Source: Isoptericola halotolerans
Lineage (GTDB): Bacteria > Actinomycetota > Actinomycetes > Actinomycetales > Cellulomonadaceae
Direction of reading: 5' to 3'
Length of the DNA stretch: 64,000 nt
Assembly (NCBI RefSeq): GCF_013149785.1
Contig: NZ_JABEZU010000001.1
Location: 1,116,001 to 1,180,000 of the forward strand
Below, one piece after another: positions 58,415 to 64,000 of the stretch (within the stretch, counting starts at the first letter, position 1; each line of letters begins with the position of its first letter). The translations under genes were made by a program, and so were the position numbers. A model generated the notes under the pieces. It did not search any database. It was not told the DNA's origin and saw nothing but the letters and a program-made list of their open reading frames with translations.

Positions 58415-59778
58415 GCGGTCCACAGCCGGGCCAGCACTCCGCCGACCGCCCGGACAACCCTCTCGACGACGCGCTCGGCAAGGCCGATCCCGAGGTCGAG
58501 CCGGGGCTGGTGGAGGAGCTCGAGCAGGAGAAGGCCCGCGAGGAGGCCAAGGCCGTCGACGAGACGGGGGACCGGTGGCGTGACGCCTTCCGTCAGATCG
58601 TCTCGGGCAGCTGGGCCGTGGCGCTGGGCGCGATCCTCCTGGCCGTGCTCGCGGGGTCGATCCTCATCGTCCTGACCGACGAGGCCGTCCAGGAGTCCGC
58701 CGGCTACTTCTTCGCCCGGCCCCAGGACACGCTGAAGGCGGTCGGCGAGGCCATCGGCGGCGCGTACTCGGCGCTGTTCCGTGGCGCCGTCTACAACTAC
58801 CAGGCCGACAGCTTCGCGGCGGGGATCCGTTCGCTGACGCAGACGCTCACCAACGCGACGCCGCTCATCGCCGCGGGGCTCGGTGTGGCCCTCGCGTTCC
58901 GCGCCGGTCTGTTCAACATCGGTGGTCAGGGGCAGATGCTCATGGCCGCCGTCGGCGCGGGCTGGGTGGGTTTCGGGGTCACCGGGCTGCCCATCCCGCT
59001 CCACCTGCTGCTGGCGATGGTCGCCGGGATGCTCGCAGCGGCCCTGTGGGCCGGCATCGCCGGTGCCCTCAAGGCGTTCACCGGTGCGCACGAGGTCATC
59101 GTGACCATCATGCTGAACTGGATCGCCTACTACCTGCTGTCCTTCTTCCTGGCGACCCCCGGGCTGATGCAGGCCCCGGGGTCGGCGAACCCGCGCACGC
59201 CCCCGATCGCCGAGTCCGCGCAGCTCCCGCCGCTGCTGGGTGAGCGCTACCCGCTGCACTGGGGCTTCGTCCTGGCGCTCCTGGCGGTGGCCTACGTGTG
59301 GTGGCTGCTCAACCGTGCGTCCCTCGGCTTCTCCTACCGCGCGGTGGGCGAGAACCCGCGCGCTGCCCGCGTCGCCGGCATCGACGTCAAGTGGTCCACC
59401 GTCTCGGTCATGCTGATCGCCGGTGCCCTCGTAGGCCTGGCCGGGGTGACCCAGGTGCTCGGCACCGCCACGACGGGCTTCGGCGAGGGGATCGACGCCG
59501 GTATCGGCTTCGACGCGATCACCGTGGCCCTGCTCGGTGGTTCGCAGCCCGTCGGTGTGCTCTTCGCAGGCCTGCTGTTCGGTGCGTTCAAGGCGGGCGG
59601 CTCGGCCATGCAGGCTGCCGAGGGGATCCCCATCGAGATCGTGCTCGTGGTCCAGTCGCTCATCGTGCTGTTCATCGCCGCGCCGCCGCTGGTGCGGGCG
59701 ATCTTCCGGCTGCCGCAACCGGCACGCCGGACGACGACGAGGCGAAAGAGCTCCAGCACGAAGGAGGCGACGGCGTGA
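58411..59778 (+). CDS. Nucleoside ABC permease
   Basis: FRAGLFNIGGQGQ, HEVIVTIMLN, GFDAITVALLG. Confidence 0.93.
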   Translation: MSGPQPGQHSADRPDNPLDDALGKADPEVEPGLVEELEQEKAREEAKAVDETGDRWRDAFRQIVSGSWAVALGAILLAVLAGSILIVLTDEAVQESAGYFFARPQDTLKAVGEAIGGAYSALFRGAVYNYQADSFAAGIRSLTQTLTNATPLIAAGLGVALAFRAGLFNIGGQGQMLMAAVGAGWVGFGVTGLPIPLHLLLAMVAGMLAAALWAGIAGALKAFTGAHEVIVTIMLNWIAYYLLSFFLATPGLMQAPGSANPRTPPIAESAQLPPLLGERYPLHWGFVLALLAVAYVWWLLNRASLGFSYRAVGENPRAARVAGIDVKWSTVSVMLIAGALVGLAGVTQVLGTATTGFGEGIDAGIGFDAITVALLGGSQPVGVLFAGLLFGAFKAGGSAMQAAEGIPIEIVLVVQSLIVLFIAAPPLVRAIFRLPQPARRTTTRRKSSSTKEATA

Positions 59779-61073
59779 GCGCACCCGTGACCCGACCTGC
59801 TCCCGTCCCGGCGCAGGAGACCGGCGCACGCACGATCGACAAGGTGTCGTGGAAGTCCCCGATCGCGCTCGGTGCGGTCCTGGTGCTCTACGTGCTCCTG
59901 ATGGCGCTCGCCCCCCACGAGGGCAGCGCGCGGTTCGCGTTGTCCACCTCGCGCGACTTCTTCCAGATCCCGGTGTTCGTCGTGCCGGCGATGACGACGG
60001 CCTGGCTCGGGGCCGGCGTCGGCCTGCTCGTGACCGGCGCTGCGGTGCTCGCCGCCCGCGCCCGCCGCCGGGTGCCCCTGTGGTGGATCTCGGTGTACGC
60101 CGTGTTCCTCCTGACCGGCTTCCTCGCGTGGGCGGCGGCCGGCAGTCCCCGTGACCTGTCCGTGGTCGGCCTGCTCAGTGGCGCCGTGGTCCTGGCCGTG
60201 CCGATCGTCTACGGCTCGCTGAGCGGCGTCATCGGGGAACGGGCCGGTGTCATCAACATCGCCATCGAGGCACAGCTGCTCGCCGGCGCCTTCAGCGCGG
60301 CGGTGGTGGCCTCGCTGACCGACAGCCCCTGGGCCGGTCTGCTGGCCGCGATGGTGGCCGGCATGCTGGTCGCCCTCGTCCTCGGGATCTTCGCGATCAC
60401 CTACCGGGTGGTCCAGATCATCGTGGGTGTCGTGCTCAACGTGTTGGTGATCGGCCTGACGAGCTTCTTCTACTCCCAGGTCCTCGTGCCGAACACGGAG
60501 ATGCTGAACGCGACCACGCGGTTCCCCCGGCTGCCCATCCCGTTCCTCGACCGCATCCCGGTCGTGGGGCCGGTGCTGTTCAACCAGACGATCCTCGCCT
60601 ACCTGATGTTCGTCATCGTCGGTGTCGTGTGGTTCGCCCTGTACCGCACGCGGTGGGGTCTGCGCGTCCGGGCCGTCGGAGAGCACCCCAAGGCGGCCGA
60701 CACCGTGGGCATCAATGTCCTCGCCACCCGCTACCGGGCCGTGCTGATCGGCGGCACGCTGGCCGGGATGGGTGGTGCTTTCTACACGGTGGTGTCGATC
60801 AACCAGTTCGGCCGCGAGATGACGGCGGGTGCGGGCTTCATTGCCCTGGCCGCCATGATCTTCGGCAAGTGGGACCCGGTCCGTGCCGCGCTGGCCGGGC
60901 TGCTGTTCGGGTTCGCCACGAACCTGCAGAACGTCCTGAGCGTCGTCGGGTCGCCGGTGCCGAGCCAGTTCATGCTCATGCTGCCGTACGTGGTGACCCT
61001 GTTCGCCGTGGCCGGGCTCGTCGGCAGGTCTCAGCCACCGGCCGCCAACGGGCAGGCGTACGTCAAGGAATGA
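59775..61073 (+). CDS. Nucleoside ABC permease
   Basis: ERAGVINIAIE, RAVGEHPKAADTVGI, GFIALAAMIFGKW, LPY. Confidence 0.93.
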   Translation: MSAPVTRPAPVPAQETGARTIDKVSWKSPIALGAVLVLYVLLMALAPHEGSARFALSTSRDFFQIPVFVVPAMTTAWLGAGVGLLVTGAAVLAARARRRVPLWWISVYAVFLLTGFLAWAAAGSPRDLSVVGLLSGAVVLAVPIVYGSLSGVIGERAGVINIAIEAQLLAGAFSAAVVASLTDSPWAGLLAAMVAGMLVALVLGIFAITYRVVQIIVGVVLNVLVIGLTSFFYSQVLVPNTEMLNATTRFPRLPIPFLDRIPVVGPVLFNQTILAYLMFVIVGVVWFALYRTRWGLRVRAVGEHPKAADTVGINVLATRYRAVLIGGTLAGMGGAFYTVVSINQFGREMTAGAGFIALAAMIFGKWDPVRAALAGLLFGFATNLQNVLSVVGSPVPSQFMLMLPYVVTLFAVAGLVGRSQPPAANGQAYVKE

Positions 61074-61464
61074 CGGTGGACGACATGGACTGGGACGCGC
61101 TGCGCGCCGCCGCGCGGGAGGCCTCGGCCCTCGCCTACGCCCCGTACTCCGGGTTCCCGGTCGGGGCGGCCGCCTACGCCGACGACGGCCGCCTGCTGGT
61201 CGGCAGCAACGTGGAGAACGCGGCGTACGGCGTCACGCTCTGCGCCGAGTGCTCGCTGGTGTCCGCGCTCGTGGCCTCCGGCGGCGGCCGGCTGGCCGCG
61301 TTCACGTGCGTGAACGGGACCGGGGACGTCATCACACCCTGCGGTCGGTGCCGCCAGCTCCTGTGGGAGCACGGCGGCCCCGAGCTGCTCGTCGAGACGC
61401 CTCGCGGCGTCGTCACCATGGCCGAGATGCTGCCGCAGGCATTCGGCCCGGAGGACCTGAACCG

Positions 61465-61468
<4 letters not shown>
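61070..61468 (+). CDS. cdd: Cytidine deaminase
   Basis: AYAPYSGFPVGAA, NVENAAYG, CAE, PCGRCRQ. Confidence 0.96.
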
Positions 61469-62760
<1,292 letters not shown>

Positions 62761-62773
62761 TGCGAGCAGCTCG

Positions 62774-63697
62774 ATGGCGACGGGGATCGGCGCGGCGCGG
62801 CTGACCGACCTCCTCGGGGCCGCCGGGGTCTTCTCCGGTCAGGTCCCGCGGCAGCCGGTCGCCGCCGGACCGCCCGCGGTCCCCGCGACCGTGCTGGCCG
62901 CGCTCGCGGCCGCCGGCCCGGAGGCGCGCGCGCGGGTCCTGGACCCCCTGGGGCGGGACGGCGACGTCCCGCGTCCCGGACGGCCGGCGCCGTTGCTCCT
63001 GCCCGAGCTCGTGCCCGGGCTTCCGGGCGGGCCCACGGCGGGGCGGCCCGGCTCGCCGGCACGCCAGGTCGACGCGACCACGTGCGGGGCGGCGGTGCTC
63101 GTGATGTTGCGGCTGGCGGGCGACGCCGCGTCGGCGCTGGCGCTCGCCGTCGACCCCCGGGGTGCGTGGGAGGCGTTCGCCCGGCGGCAGCGCGAGGTGC
63201 ACGCCCGTGCCCGGCGGCTCTGGCCGGGGAGACTCGGTACGCCGCCGTGGGGAGCCGCCCGGGAGGCGCGCTACGGGCCGTTGCGCGGGAAACGGCCTGG
63301 TGCGGGCCCGGTTCGCTACACGCATCGCGTCGTCCGGCGGAGCGAACCGCCCGAGGGGCCTCGCTCCGTGCTGGCCGCAGCGCTCGCGTCGGCCGGCGCG
63401 GGCATCCCCGTGCCGCTGTACACGGGCGGGGACCTGCGTGGGGGTGTGTCGACGGCGGTCCCGCGGCACGTCGTGCTGCTCACGGCCGTGCGACCCACCG
63501 ACGCCGGGCCCGTGGCGACGGTCTACGAGCCGTCCTCGGGCGCGCTGCACGCGGTGCCCGTCGACGCGCTGCGCGCCCCGGGCACCGACGACGCCGACCG
63601 GGTCGCCCGCCGTCGGGCGCTGGGGGGATGGCCTCACGTCGTGTGGGCGCTCCTGCCTCGCGAGGAGCGCGGATCGGGGACAGCATGGGGCACATGA
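62774..63697 (+). CDS. Hypothetical protein, papain-like (C39-like) Cys-His-Glu fold suspected
   Basis: RQVDATTCGAAVLVM, PRHVVLL, VYEPSSG; start codon uncertain. Confidence 0.6.
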   Translation: MATGIGAARLTDLLGAAGVFSGQVPRQPVAAGPPAVPATVLAALAAAGPEARARVLDPLGRDGDVPRPGRPAPLLLPELVPGLPGGPTAGRPGSPARQVDATTCGAAVLVMLRLAGDAASALALAVDPRGAWEAFARRQREVHARARRLWPGRLGTPPWGAAREARYGPLRGKRPGAGPVRYTHRVVRRSEPPEGPRSVLAAALASAGAGIPVPLYTGGDLRGGVSTAVPRHVVLLTAVRPTDAGPVATVYEPSSGALHAVPVDALRAPGTDDADRVARRRALGGWPHVVWALLPREERGSGTAWGT

Positions 63698-63921
63698 GCA
63701 CCACACCCTCCGACGCCTGGCGTGACGCCGGGCTGGAAGCGCCCGACGACACCACGAGCCTCGTGGAGGAGGCGAGCACGTCACCCGCCGCTCCCGAGCA
63801 CGAGGCGGAGACCGACGAGTACCGTCCGGCGACGCCACGCCCCGACCTGGACGGCGAGGCGGCCGAGGCCGACGTCGCCGAGCAGGCGAGCGTCGTCCCC
63901 ACCCCGGAGGACGACCTCTGA
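63694..63921 (+). CDS. Small acidic hypothetical protein
   Basis: 75 aa, D/E-rich, EAAEADVAEQ motif; ATGA overlap with previous ORF. Confidence 0.65.
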   Translation: MSTTPSDAWRDAGLEAPDDTTSLVEEASTSPAAPEHEAETDEYRPATPRPDLDGEAAEADVAEQASVVPTPEDDL

Positions 63922-63961
63922 CCGCAGCGAGCGCCTCTGGTGAACCGGTAGGTTGGGGCCC

Positions 63962-64000
63962 ATGACGCAAGCCCTCCTCGACGCGATCCCCGACCTGCCG
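63962..64000 (+). CDS. 5' end of a gene, probably adenosine deaminase (truncated by window)
   Basis: MTQALLDAIPDLP; TAGGTT 7 nt before ATG; product inferred only from cdd-deoA context. Confidence 0.4.
   Translation, partial: MTQALLDAIPDLP

Overview
High-GC actinobacterial chromosome segment; gene content and synteny suggest Micrococcales (Cellulomonas/Isoptericola-like), which is an inference. About 58 protein genes, mostly on the + strand. I see no rRNA, tRNA, CRISPR array, transposase or phage gene. In order: end of an ABC-2 exporter, GNAT, ychF, a small conserved protein, two Opp/Dpp-type importers flanking a four-gene FtsX/MacB-type ABC system, a BCCT transporter, then the conserved actinobacterial block typA, mshB-like, DUF6113-like, vanW-like, fdxA, dapC, gltA, dapD/dapE, LOG, folP2, DUF3117, O-methyltransferase, sigE-rseA-htrA-tatB. 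After that come trpS, a 2H phosphoesterase, yihY, sdhCDAB (- strand), manC, an M20 amidohydrolase and a nucleoside uptake/salvage cluster (BMP-ABC, cdd, deoA, probable start of add). The best candidate for an undescribed system is a translationally coupled three-gene cassette at 31225-34051: a degenerate prephenate-dehydratase paralogue that lacks the catalytic TRF motif but keeps an ACT domain, an atypical PheA, and TyrA. Other notable items: an ABC ATPase with an AbrB-like tail, a likely ATC start codon on the methyltransferase, a papain-like Cys-His-Glu protein in the nucleoside cluster, many apparent leaderless genes and two compact divergent promoters. All calls are from motif recognition by eye; no searches were run.
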